Shown piece by piece: positions 26,685 through 38,748 of a stretch of DNA of 64,000 nucleotides. Within the stretch, counting starts at the first letter, position 1; every line of letters begins with the position of its first letter. The stretch covers positions 20,838,451-20,902,450 of the forward strand of contig OZ316894.1 in NCBI GenBank assembly GCA_973895155.1. The letters run 5' to 3'. The position numbers were made by a program, and so were the translations under genes. The DNA is from Marsupella aquatica. Its lineage: Eukaryota > Plantae > Marchantiophyta. Below the pieces are notes generated by a model. The model did not search any database. It was not told the DNA's origin and saw only the letters and a program-made list of their open reading frames with translations.

Positions 26685-27644
26685 ATGGATCCTGCTTCGA
26701 TTACCGTAATAGTACTTACCTTGTACTTTGCAGGAATGACGGCAGTTGCGAACGCTGACACGGCATGCAGTTCGCGCAAAGCCAACAAGCTTAGAAAGGA
26801 CAATGAGACGGGCGAAGGCTCCAATGGCAAATCGCATTTTCATGCCCACGGCAGGATACAACCTCAAAATTTACACCCAGTCCCAGGTAACGTTCAGCAA
26901 ATAGCCACGCACGCCGATCAATCCGGTTGTGGACACACTCATTCACATGTTCTGTCTGTGCCGCGACAGAAATTGGGCGGGTGGGTTGTCCTGGAGAAAG
27001 AGCAGCGGTCGCCGGACACCGTGCAAGATACCAAAATCGGTATGCACACAGGCAAAATGCCAGGATACAATCTGCCGATGGCGGAGAAACACTGGTCTCA
27101 ATTTCAGAATGGCTCAACCAACATCTCTACAGGAACAATCGCCGTGGTTAATTGGGTAGAAAGTCTAATCACCATGTATGTGTATGATCCCTCCTGGAGG
27201 ATTTACTACCGGAACTATCACGTCGTTCTTCTGGATTCCGATTTGGATGCCTTTGCCCGGCGTTACTACAACCAGCAAGTGTTTTCAGGAATCATAGAAG
27301 ATACTTGGTTCAAATCCCACAACAGTTACTTGACAAAAGTATTGAATGATCGGTGGAGCTCGGTCACATCCACCAATTCCTGGAGGTTGCTGGGGATACA
27401 GGGGGACATCCGGGGTGCTCCTATGTTTATGGAAATGAAGCGGGGTGGGCTGTTTGGAATAATTGAGTCCCGCTTCAGAGATCCCACGTTTTTGAATGTG
27501 GACATGGTGGGGCATAAGACAAAACAATTCGTGAAGGTGGACACGAAGTTCGGAAATCTCGAAACCAAGGTAAATACCGTGTATTTTAGTGTCTTCAGCT
27601 TTTCCGACAATGGATGGGCATCGGAGAGCGTGCTGGTTGGGTGA
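26685..27644 (+). CDS. Intronless ORF (319 aa) with a signal-peptide-like N-terminus; unknown function
   Basis: The frame is open for 1101 bp (26544-27644). The first ATG gives MDPASITVIVLTLYFAGMTAVANA|DTAC (hydrophobic core plus A-N-A site), followed by a polar His-rich linker and an aromatic-rich C-terminal domain. Confidence 0.65.
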   Translation: MDPASITVIVLTLYFAGMTAVANADTACSSRKANKLRKDNETGEGSNGKSHFHAHGRIQPQNLHPVPGNVQQIATHADQSGCGHTHSHVLSVPRQKLGGWVVLEKEQRSPDTVQDTKIGMHTGKMPGYNLPMAEKHWSQFQNGSTNISTGTIAVVNWVESLITMYVYDPSWRIYYRNYHVVLLDSDLDAFARRYYNQQVFSGIIEDTWFKSHNSYLTKVLNDRWSSVTSTNSWRLLGIQGDIRGAPMFMEMKRGGLFGIIESRFRDPTFLNVDMVGHKTKQFVKVDTKFGNLETKVNTVYFSVFSFSDNGWASESVLVG

Positions 27645-29969
27645 TCGTTCACACCGATGCCAAGATCAAAGTCGAGGCAGAATCCTCTTTGCAGCCGCAT
27701 TCAATCAAGGGCCTAAGTAACTGATGACATCTGACGTGTGATTTCCTCGTTGAATTCTCTGGGGACTGCTGCAATGGAGACTCGGGTGGAGGCTGCTGTA
27801 CATACAATCCTTTACACCAAATTGCTTAGGTCTGTTATGCAGGTCACATGCAAGATCGGAGGCTCAGAGAATTACTTGATCTGTCACTACAACCTCTTGA
27901 CCATATCGAGCCTCTACTGCAATTTAAGGCACGCTTTGTACATAAGTAGAGAGTATTGTTAGCTGTGGAGAATTAATAGTCCGATTACTGAATTACACAG
28001 GGAGTTTGCTTGGGCTGCCTTCCCATTTGATGACGCGAATCCCAAGTTTATTAATTTGTTCGAGGAAGGCGGGCAGTTATGGACAGTGCGCTAGCTGATT
28101 TGTTGCGACATTGAGTTCGCTTTTGCCACCGGAGTTTTTTCTTTCCGGCAGTTGCAAAAGAATTTGAGACTCCGCTTCTGCTGTTATTCCGAGCGTGCAT
28201 TCAAATCGCTGTAAGACGTGAACTTTCAGAAAACACCAAATGTTGTCATACGGTTCCAGTGATTGTACCAATTTCATGTGTACTTATATTGCATTTTCTC
28301 CCGTTTTCCCTTTGATACAGGTTTTCATATTTTTCTCAGATGTGTTTGTCACCAGTCCAGCGCTAAATACGATTTCAGTTGCTCCAGGGGATGCTCGCGT
28401 GTACTGAATGTCAATGAACATGCTTCCGCCAGGGCCACTTTATCGAGTCTGTCTGTGTCTAATACGTACATCCGAGGGGTTTTGCTGTACCGACTGTACT
28501 TCAATCACTTTCAGAGTATAAAGCCACCTACAATGCTGCCTGTGGCTTTGTAGTCTGAAACGGCTCCCACGGTACAGAGAGTGACTAGTCCTGGGAATCA
28601 GAAGTGTGGTCTTCAAGAAGACAATTTCGTGCGTAAAAGCAGCTCACACAAACAAGACAGTGAGTAAGTTCTATCGAATGGAATGAATTCATGGAAATTC
28701 TTGTTTGGTGCTCTCCGGAAGAAAAAGACTGCTGTGGAATGTAAGCAATACTCACTTCTTTGATGGAAAGGCTGGTAAGCAGACGGAAAGTTGCCAATCA
28801 TTTTCTTTCTGTAAGTTGAACTTCAAAACAGTTCTTCCCACATATATTGCGTCATTCAGGAAGAGAATTAACAAACAAACAGTACATCGAAGTGAACAAG
28901 CCAAGCCGTCGAGTCCAAGCAGCTGATTGAGAGAGTCGACACGAGACATGCCATGATTTCGAGCTGACTTCCGTTGGTATTTTCTCTGATCAAGCAGTCA
29001 ATTATACGCACTCGATTCCTTGAGCATGCACTACTGCTAAACTGGAGACGATGAACCTTGATCGATACAAACTGCATTATTTACTTTCATTCTCCCTGCC
29101 GTCCAGTCTTACGGTTCGGGACTATTGAAATTACGACACTGGATTTTATAGACCTTTCCCAAGGCGCCGGGAGATGCTCGATCGGTTGGATTGCATAGAG
29201 CCCGTCGTCGACATGCACCATAACAAGCTTACAAAGTCTGTGCATAGCGTAAAAACACAAAATTCGTGGAGTCGTCAAAAAATGTTTCCGGGGAGGTTCT
29301 TTGGGCTCAATTAAGAGTGAGAACTTGAGCTTGTCCTTTGTTTTTTTCTTCTTTCTTTTTAATTTGATGTTTATTAGGCGTGAACTGCACGGATGGGACC
29401 CAACAGGCCAAAAAGGCAGAAGAAGCCATGAGTGGCATAAGAGTAGACAAAGGAGCCATCACCGGGGCAAAAGAGGTCAATAGAAAACACCTACCCTTAA
29501 ACAGGAAGAGACGGAGCAAAACAGGAGAGTAAATAATCTAGAGATGTACCAAGTCAACAATTCTGTTTCCTACCGAGTCTAACTCAGAACGATTCAAACC
29601 TGGCTGTCCCACTCCTCATAATCCTGATACGTTCTGATTCTAAGAAGGCTCTAGCACCAGTTAATCTTACAAGCTTTTAAGAAGAACAGGCAACAGTGGC
29701 AGAGAGGTGATGAAAGACCTCAGAAATGACCACCAGCTGATTAAAGACACGCTTCTTGGAAAGATAAAATGTTTGGCCATTTTCTGCAAGCCAGATGTTC
29801 CAAAGAACTTGGTGTAAAAACAAAAAGCTGTAGTGTGTGTAAAGCTTGTCCTGCACACAAGGAATCATTATTTTGGATTGGCAACCAAACTGATTGAAGC
29901 CTAAAATAATTAAACAATATTTTTTATTTCACAACATTTTTGATTAAATGAGATGCTTTATTTATGGAC

Positions 29970-30345
29970 CATTCTGTATTTAACAACATTTTTATACTTA
30001 ATTACATCTTTGGCATGATAACATCATTGGCGGCACAATATTTATTTACTTCTTGGTCAACATGACATCTTTGGCATAATGACTAGGTTTTTCTTAACGA
30101 CATATTTTTACTTCATGATGTTTTTCATATAACGATATCTTGGAAAACACAACATCTTGGGTACCATGACACTTTTTTTCTTACCGACATCTTGGGCCAC
30201 ACGACATCTTGGTTGACACTTCATCTTGGGCACCATGACATCTCTTTTCTTAACAACATCTTGGGTGTCATGGCAACTTTATTTTAACAAAAAATTCAGC
30301 GACACAACATCATTTTTCTTCACAACATTTTTTGGGCAACACACG
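29970..30345. repeat. Degenerate short-period repeat tract
   Basis: Many variants of (a/g)acatctt(t)gg(g)cac..tga and tttttcttaac.acat. Confidence 0.55.
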
Positions 30346-30667
30346 GGTATTGTGCTAGTTTATTATAATCCCTTGGCTTGCTTTTTTCACCAATGCAAAC
30401 TTGAGGGTCACTTGCTGTTCTACAGATAAAATTTTGACCAAAGGACTTTTGAATTGAAGCCTAATGAATGCAAAAATTAAAAAAATAATGTAGCCACTTT
30501 GTCATGCGCATACACATCGTTACACAACATACATCGTTTGTCATACACATCCAAGCATAGTCACAATCCAACAACCTGAACATAAAAGAATGGAATCCAA
30601 ATGGAACCCATGTCCACACATGTCCAAAACACAATAATCTCAACAACAAAAATTGAACAGCGATGAA

Positions 30668-31022
30668 TGTTAAAGATTGCTCTTAGTCTTGTGACTCAAA
30701 GGTTACGGCACTTAGGCTAACCACAATTAGGATCTTAGCTGAGGTTAGGTTAGTCGTGTGTGACCTTTGGATATACTAGGGCTAGTGTAAGCCGCTGGTG
30801 AGTGGTGCTTACTCATTGTAACGGAACAACTTGAGGAAGAGAGAGAACATGTGTGTTTGTCCACTCTTGAAGTAAAGCTTGAATGAGTGTTCGTGTGGAC
30901 GTAGCCTTGGAGAAGAGGTGAACCACGTAGAGATTGTGTTGATTATGTGTGCATGGAATGAGTAATGATTGGATCGTCATGAAAGAAGATGTCATAGTTC
31001 AACAATTAGTGTCAATCCAACA
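30668..31022 (+). mobile_element. Solo-LTR-like repeat, related to 737-1134
   Basis: Starts TGTTAAAGATTGCTCTTAGTCTTGTGACTCA and ends ...ATCCAACA, with internal blocks shared with the 737-1134 copy. The flanks atgaa/acgat match only 3 of 5 bases. Confidence 0.5.
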
Positions 31023-34000
31023 ACGATCTTGCCCAATGTGATCACACACAAGTATGTCAAGCCCAACGCACCTTGTGCTTCAAAGAATCCACGTTACATG
31101 TAGAACACAACCTGGTTAGCCATACCATAGTCACCAGAGCTTGTGCTCAAATGCTCATAGGCTTACAGGCTCAACATTGAAAGATGAGGCCCTTGAGCCA
31201 ACACAAGGGGATAACTATCCCTCACACAAACACCAATTAAACACTAAATGCTCATATAGCACACAAACAAACCTCTATGTCTAGATAGTATGATATACTA
31301 TAATACCACTCTAAATGGTGTGACAACTTCCATGCTATCCAGATTTAATAGGGGATTTAATCGGGCAGAATTGAAAGAAGAAAGTCATCCATAGATGTTG
31401 TCAGCCTGTCCATTTCCATTTAAGTGATAAGAGAGTGACCTTCAATACTTGTAAGTGTTCGGTCCTTTCAGTTGATGAACGTCACTTGGGATGGGGCTTT
31501 GTGCAAAACGCTAGTAGTTGGGTCAAGAAACTTGAACTCATAATTGCAATTGTGCATTTAGGTGATAAGAGAGTTTGGGTGATAAGGGAGTTCCAATTTT
31601 ATAAAAGCAAAGTTGGTGGTGCAAAAGATGGTTGGCTAATGAAGCTTGAAGTCAGAATCTCAATTGTCACAGTAAGGATTGCTATAGGTGGGTTACCCTA
31701 TTGCTGGGAGACACTCTGCAGGAATGCAAACAGGATGCAAAATGGGCTCCGTTGAACAAAATGTTTATGATGTGTGCATAGTTTCAACATGAATGTCTTT
31801 CTTTTCGTCAAATACCTAAATCGATGTCTGAGAAATACAAAGGTATGTTTACTTTCTCATTGATGAGTGTTTTGTTGACACAATATTCTAGTGCTTGCAC
31901 AATGCATAGAAAGTGCTTGACAATTGAATAGAGCATCTGCACTGCTCACTTGCATGAAACATTACCCTATATTGTGGGGATAACTAATCTCAAGTAATCT
32001 GCACCTATATTACTCCTCATGATCATCACAAGCAGAGTTCTTCATTTTTTAATCTCCTTTGAGAAATGGAAACACACTATTGGATAGTGGGACCCAATAA
32101 ACTAGAATACATGAGCTTTCCATGATCCCAAATAAACGAGCCTGAATGCCCGCGCTTTGAATGTTACAGATGATGACAAATCATGCAAGATTATTATTTT
32201 ATCATACATAGCCATCCACATAAATTGGGATGGGTCCAACTCTACTACTCTAGCATCTCATCTATAGCAATCCTTATTGTGGCTATTAGTCCAGTACAAG
32301 TTTTTAGTAAAGACAGGAATCCCTTCCAAGTACTACTGCCCGCCATTTCACCCCAAACCCAGGAGAAATCACCGGATCAGTGCGTGCCGTGTCATCCGCC
32401 AGTTTCTTCGTCGCGTACCGTACTCGCAGCCCAAGTCCAATTCCAATCAGTAATAAATTAATTGAGCTTAACCCATACTGTGTGATACTGCTTCCCAAAT
32501 CAATCTTTCCACAATCTACAAAAAGCGATGCTGCGCGTATCTCGGTCTGGCGTACCACAGTCGCTCTGCACCTCTGCGCAGTCCACCCTGTTACAGGACA
32601 GTAGCACTACTACTGGAGTCTGATCTGATCTTGCCCCCACAACAGTCTGTCTAGGGGCCGTGGCCGAGGCCGGAAAGAACCTGCTGGACGCCATATTCTA
32701 GGAACTGCCGGAATGGCGGAATCTATCGCCACCCGGGACGCGAAGAGCCACAAACAAGACAGTCCCAGCAGACCTGTACCCGGCGTCAGTGGGGCCCGCA
32801 CCCACGGGGATAGAGAGAGACTGAGCAGCTGGCAATTGCGACAGCCGGGAGTTTCCAACTGCCCACCACCACTGCGGAGGGCGCCCATTCGCCCAAGCGA
32901 GGGCTCCGCGCCTCAGCTCAGCTTTGGCACAATGGCACGGCAGAAGACGTCTTGCCAGGGGCATTAGCCGTCCCGCGCAGTAAAAGAGGTCCGGACATAT
33001 CTCCCACCGTGCCATAGTCCCACTCCTCCTGGCCTCCTCCAATCCTCGCTCTCTCCCTGCTCCCCGCCCACCCAAGTACCCAACCACCACCACCTCTCTT
33101 GCTGCTGCTTCTGCCTGCCTCTAAGCTCAGCCCCTATATTTTTGGAGGGGGGGGGGCGGGGCATATGTCAGGGTTGCAAAACAGATGACTCAGGGGAGAC
33201 CCTAGTACTCTAATCCTTAAGTCGTGGCCTTTGATGGTTTTTCTCTTTGAAATTTTTGGTGTTAATTTTTGGTGTTTTAATGGAAAAGAATGCACCCTCC
33301 CGATTTGGTTCAGGAGGTTGTGTATACACGAAAGTCCTGTTTGAAGGGCATTTTGGGACATAAGAACATCTCTAAGGGTGTATCTTATTTGCTTACTATA
33401 TACATTAAATATAGTGTAAAGAGTTATATATTTTTAGTATACTATGTATAGCACGGATAATATGTTAAAAAACAGGCTCAATGGTTGTTGGGTTTTTCAA
33501 TACTTCCTGACATAGGCACCTTCTGATACTAATGTTTTGATCTTGGAGAACCCAGGAATGAATCTTGTATTCAATCCATGAGCTATAGCACACCTTATAT
33601 TCAGATCTATTAACCTAAAAACCCAATAAGGCCACAAGTGAATAGCATTATAGTAACCCATTGGGGTTACCTTTTTTTCAACTTTATTGTGTTTCTTCAA
33701 CATAGACCAACCTAGTTAGGATTGGAGATGCTCTAATGTCTCCCAAAACAAGAGCTTCAGCTCGAATTTTGAGGGGCTATTGCCACTAATGGTCCAAAAA
33801 ACAGGACCTTGTGAGATTTTTCTTTCTTCTAATTTAGTAAATATTGAGGAGAATCTTGATCCAGATCTTGACCTGGGCATTATGAATGTACTGAAAATAC
33901 AAACGCAAAAAGTGCAAAGGGCATTAAGACATGTATCATCTCCTTTTACTAAGAATAGTAACTACAGAATCTAAATTGCTAGTATCCGTGCAGCAAAATC

Positions 34001-37000
34001 AGATGGAACCAAGTTACCCAAATAGGTCTTAAGAAAATTTTAAAAATGAACTATTTAAGTTTTCCTGAACTTGGTGAATAGTAAAAGTGTATGTGTGTTG
34101 TGGCCTTGCTACAAATGCATTAGTCTCAAAACTAGGCTATAAGCCAAAGTTACAGAACTATGCTCCATCCCCTCCCTATGTTAAGGTACCCAATTAACAA
34201 TTTCAAAAACGAGGGGATGCAGCATTGACCTTGCCCCACAAAGCAAGGGTTAGGGGCTCACCTTAGGCTCACTGCACATATCAGTATTCCTTCTTTCTTG
34301 GACAGCTGCCCCCCCCCAAATGTAGCAGTCAATGCCACATCAGGTACAAAAACCCATTTGCCTTCAGTTGCATTTTCCAAAAAATTTGACTTAAAAATAT
34401 TTTGAATTTGCACCTAAAGTTATGGGAGAATTGGGAGAATGATTAAGGTTATTGGTTAACTCTTGGGTCTAATGAGGGCTTTCCTTCGGGCAGTCAAAGA
34501 TTGACTCTGCTTTTATGGGAGTTCTTACATATAATTATTGAGTTAATTGACCACATTATCCATTTCAGAGGCACTATTATGGACAATAATAACCCCTCAT
34601 AATTCAAACTGAAGCTCTCCTTAAGCTCTCCTTTTTAAGGGCATGATGGCCGGATGCCTACTACCAGGCATTCGTATCAGCTCAAGGAATGCACAGTGGC
34701 AAACGTCAAGGTTGGGGGGAAAGTTTGCCAGGTGAAGGATGCAATTGGCCACCAACATCATGATCCGAAGGAAAAAGTGTTGTTTTTAGAGCCCTATTGG
34801 CCAAAACCCAGCTGTAGGTGTAGACTAGATCTATTTGCCTAAGGAGCCACCATGTGCCTTCATAGATTTGCAACCAGGAGTAGCTATCACCAAGTTGTTT
34901 CATCGTGCCCCCATTGGGATACATTTTGGGAACTGCGTTGTGTGGTGCTGGCAGTTGAGATCATGTGATTTGTGAATCTTACTTATAAACAACTATAAGC
35001 TAGAGTTGTGACCTAGGTTTCTAGAGTGAAATCTCTAGACAGTAACTCCAATGATTCATCATGTGGATCAGAAAACTCATGACTATGATCTATGTCAAAT
35101 GATAATCTTGCATATTTTTTGTCATGATTTTTATTTGCATTAAAAAATGGGTTCTATTCTCCCACCATAATATACTTGCAAAGAAAGAGACATGTGCATA
35201 GAAAAGAGTATGGTATGGTATGTTATTAATGATTATTAAAATGATTGATGTGCATAATGGTGTTTTCATCATTCAAAGAATGTGAGTAAAGTATATATTT
35301 TGGTAGGATTTATATTATTCTCATTTATTTATTCATCATATAAAAAATGGGTTCTATTCACATTCAAAGAATTGGGGCTAGTGAATCACTATATTCTTTT
35401 GCATGGTGAAGTGTAATTTAATTTATAAAAAATATATTTGGTGGTTGTAAATGAATGAGTGTAAAAGTAATTGCCAAGACAAAATAATGTTGTCTATGCT
35501 ATCTCTTCACTAGAATGTGTTGCTCCCAAGCTGGAGAAAGGGAGGGGGGGAGAGGGCAGCCTAGGGTGCCATATGTCCATCCTTCCTCTTTCCAGTTGTC
35601 AAAGGAGGAAACCGGATTTGCTGTGAAGGAGGGAGGGGAAAATAGTATTCTAGCAGGAGAGAGGAGACTTGATAAAAGTGGCCTCTTAGAACCCCTTGGC
35701 CAGACTGGCAAGAGGGATGGATATAGCTGGGGACTCCCATGAAACTACAAAGGAAAATTAGAGGTGGTTACTTTCAGCAGGTGCCTGGCAGATCTGTACA
35801 ACAAGGAGGACCAAGCAAAGAAAAACATGTGTAACTGGCTATGAAAGCACGGGTGCTGTGGTGAATGATGCAGCTTGCCTCTCCTTACATGATGGCGTAT
35901 CATTCCTTTTGCCTCTCTAATCAATTTGGGGACGACAGTTGTTGCAGGTCCATTACCATGCTGCTGCATTGTGAAAGAACGAGGGGGACTTTACAAGAAT
36001 GACTGGACAACAAATGATAGGTCACTTCCAAGATTTTGCTTTTACATTTCATTACAGTCGTTCATGTCAAGTGACCTGCCCACTTGGGCTTTAAAATTGA
36101 GAGGTAACGTGTGCAAAAAATCTCTAAAGCTGGCATGGACTCGAGTGGATCCCAAAATTGCTTATGGACAATGGAGTATGGCCAAAGTATAGACTACCTC
36201 TTGAAGGTGGCTCAGTTTAGAAGGTGTGTGGGTCCATTGAATTGTTCTATGCCCCATGGTATTGAATTTTGACCATATAGTGAGTGGAAACTGCTCCAGT
36301 TGGCTTTACAAGAATTCTGGCCGGCCAGGTTTGGTAACTACCAAGCAGGCATGCCAGAGGAGTGCTGATGAGCAGCATTTTTTAATAGAAATTTTGGACC
36401 AAGTCTGGAGGTGATTCAGACATTTGCAAATTTTGGTTCCTTCATTCAAGGGATTTGCATTATTGAATTTCATTTCAAAATATTTTTTGTCTATTGTCTA
36501 GAACAAGAAACGGCCCTTCAATTTAGAAAGAAGCAAATCACCAAAGTTTATATATACCAGGAAAAAGACACAAGTTCACACTCTTTTTGTAAAGCCACCC
36601 GCAGGTCATATTTTGACGCGAACTCTTGGTCATTTCTCATTATGTCCTACAGTGACAACGAGGTTGACTCAAAAAATATTAAATTCTGGGAAACTCAATC
36701 CCTGACACGAGTTGTACGTACTTTGTGAAATTCCTATGTAAAACACTGACTTATAAGTGACCACGTTACTTTTAAAGTCAAAAAGAAAATCTCCAGAAAT
36801 GATTATAGTAGTGTACACTACAATTTGAAACGACAAAAATATTCACTTTCCGCCAATGACATATGTGATCATCCCCACAGCACTTCCTACCTGGCCACGT
36901 TTTTGTCAGGAGGCAGTCTAAATCGACCCATGTATAATTGTATGCCCTCAGGTATGGTCCAACACAAGAGAGACGTCAAATTTTGTCCTGTCGCCTTGTA

Positions 37001-37651
37001 AATCCTCGTTGATATGAGATACTGTACTGGTTCCTACGTTTTGATCGCATATACGGCACAATGACGAACGACTCGTGTTGGGACTGACAAGCTTCTCGCG
37101 AGGGTAGTGTAGCTGTTTCCAGCTGGGGAGAGTGGTTTGCTCTCGTTCCAGAATCCAGCTGGTGAGTGAGCGTGGTTTTGTGGCAGTTTGCGTCAACGAA
37201 TTGAGGTCGGGCAGCTCCGCCTCGGCTGCTTCTCCTCCCGGACACTCTCTCCTCTTCTCCTCTCCATACCCTTTTCATGAGAGCTGCATTATTATTATTG
37301 GACGCACTGGGAAGCCGCGGCGTTGAGAGGCGTGTTTGCTGCTCTGCTCTGCTCTGCGGCGCTGTGCTCTGCAATGCCGTGAGTGCGGCGTGGTGTGGTG
37401 ATTTGGTTCAGGCAGGTTGCACAGATGGTTGTATCGAGAACTTCGTCGTTGATAAGTCGTTGATGCTGCCGCTCAGCTCAGCTCAGCTCAGCTAGACTCG
37501 AACCAAACCGAACCCCAAAGATGGTGAGTGACTCGACGTCATGAGCTTTTCGTTTGGAGATGGGTGAGAGAATTGTTTGATGCAAAGGTACGCGCTGTGG
37601 CAGTAGTGGTTTGTTTCTAGCTTCTGCGGCATTCCACGTTTCGAGTTGTTT

Positions 37652-37656
<5 letters not shown>

Positions 37657-37694
<38 letters not shown>
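37657..37694. repeat. (GA)n microsatellite upstream of the LRR-RLK coding region
   Basis: About 19 perfect GA units. Confidence 0.95.
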
Positions 37695-37698
<4 letters not shown>

Positions 37699-38748
37699 CG
37701 AAGACGAGTCGGTGACGAATGCGGCTAACCTTTGGACCGCACTCAAAATATTATGCTAGCGGGAAAGAGTCTTGACTACCCCTAAATAGTAGAGCAGCGC
37801 ACGGCGACGGATTGCCGACGGAATAGTGTTGTGGCGAGGAGTCCTCCGAGCAGACAAACACCTCTTTCTACGACGATCTTGAGGTCTCATTCTTAGAAGG
37901 TTTCTTTAGAATTTGCATGTTGTCGTAGCGGAAGAGCTTTTTCCTACGACAGGCTGAGATGCGTCGTAGCGAGTGACAGGAGAGGGTCGTTACAAGAGAA
38001 TGACGCGCTTGGAAGGTAGCATTCCCTATTCCCTCTGAGCATTTAGAGAGTGTTCTGTTGGTGGGTCCAACGTCCTTAGACTTGAATGGATAGAGGCAGA
38101 GCACCTTCACCAAAGTTCCCAAGGTTTATGTATATAGTATGTCTCTCTAATGCACTTTCTAAGTAACATTTGGACATGAAAATGATTGACATTTGAGGCT
38201 CGAGTACAGAAAGGAAATTACTAGGTCTGTCGTGCCGAACCTTTTTTGGTCATATTGTCAAATAGTCTGGGTGACATTGGAGTGGACAGACTTGACGGCT
38301 GTGCATCACCGATAGGTATAGTTTTAACAGCGGTCGCGCGACAAAGAGAATTCCAGACATGAAAACAGCAGCAGGTGCCGCCAGGTGTCGAGCTCAGTTT
38401 CTCGTTCGAACGTTTAGCACATCAGCTGAAGTCTTATCTTGGTGTCTTCTCTGCTGGGCCATCCTTTCTTTCCTTGGCGAACGAGCCGAGAAACCAGTAT
38501 TGGGCAGAGGACGTACAAGCCATGACAGTGAGATATTGATAGTATGTTCTGCTTATGTGCTTATGTTGTCGATTTTGCAGTTGGAGCGGGACGAGTAGAT
38601 AGGTAGAGAGACGTCGGCGGTAGAGGGTGGACGTTACGCGGAAGATATTCGCATGATTGAGACAACAGCGAAGAAAGGTGACGAGCTCCGGTCAGGACCG
38701 AGATAGGGATTTGTACCACATGGACGACGTCTGAGCAGCATTAGAAGG

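Noticed and set aside
32300-33150. GC-rich island with several overlapping ORFs
   Set aside because: It looks like promoter or UTR sequence, but I found no protein motif or linked downstream exons.
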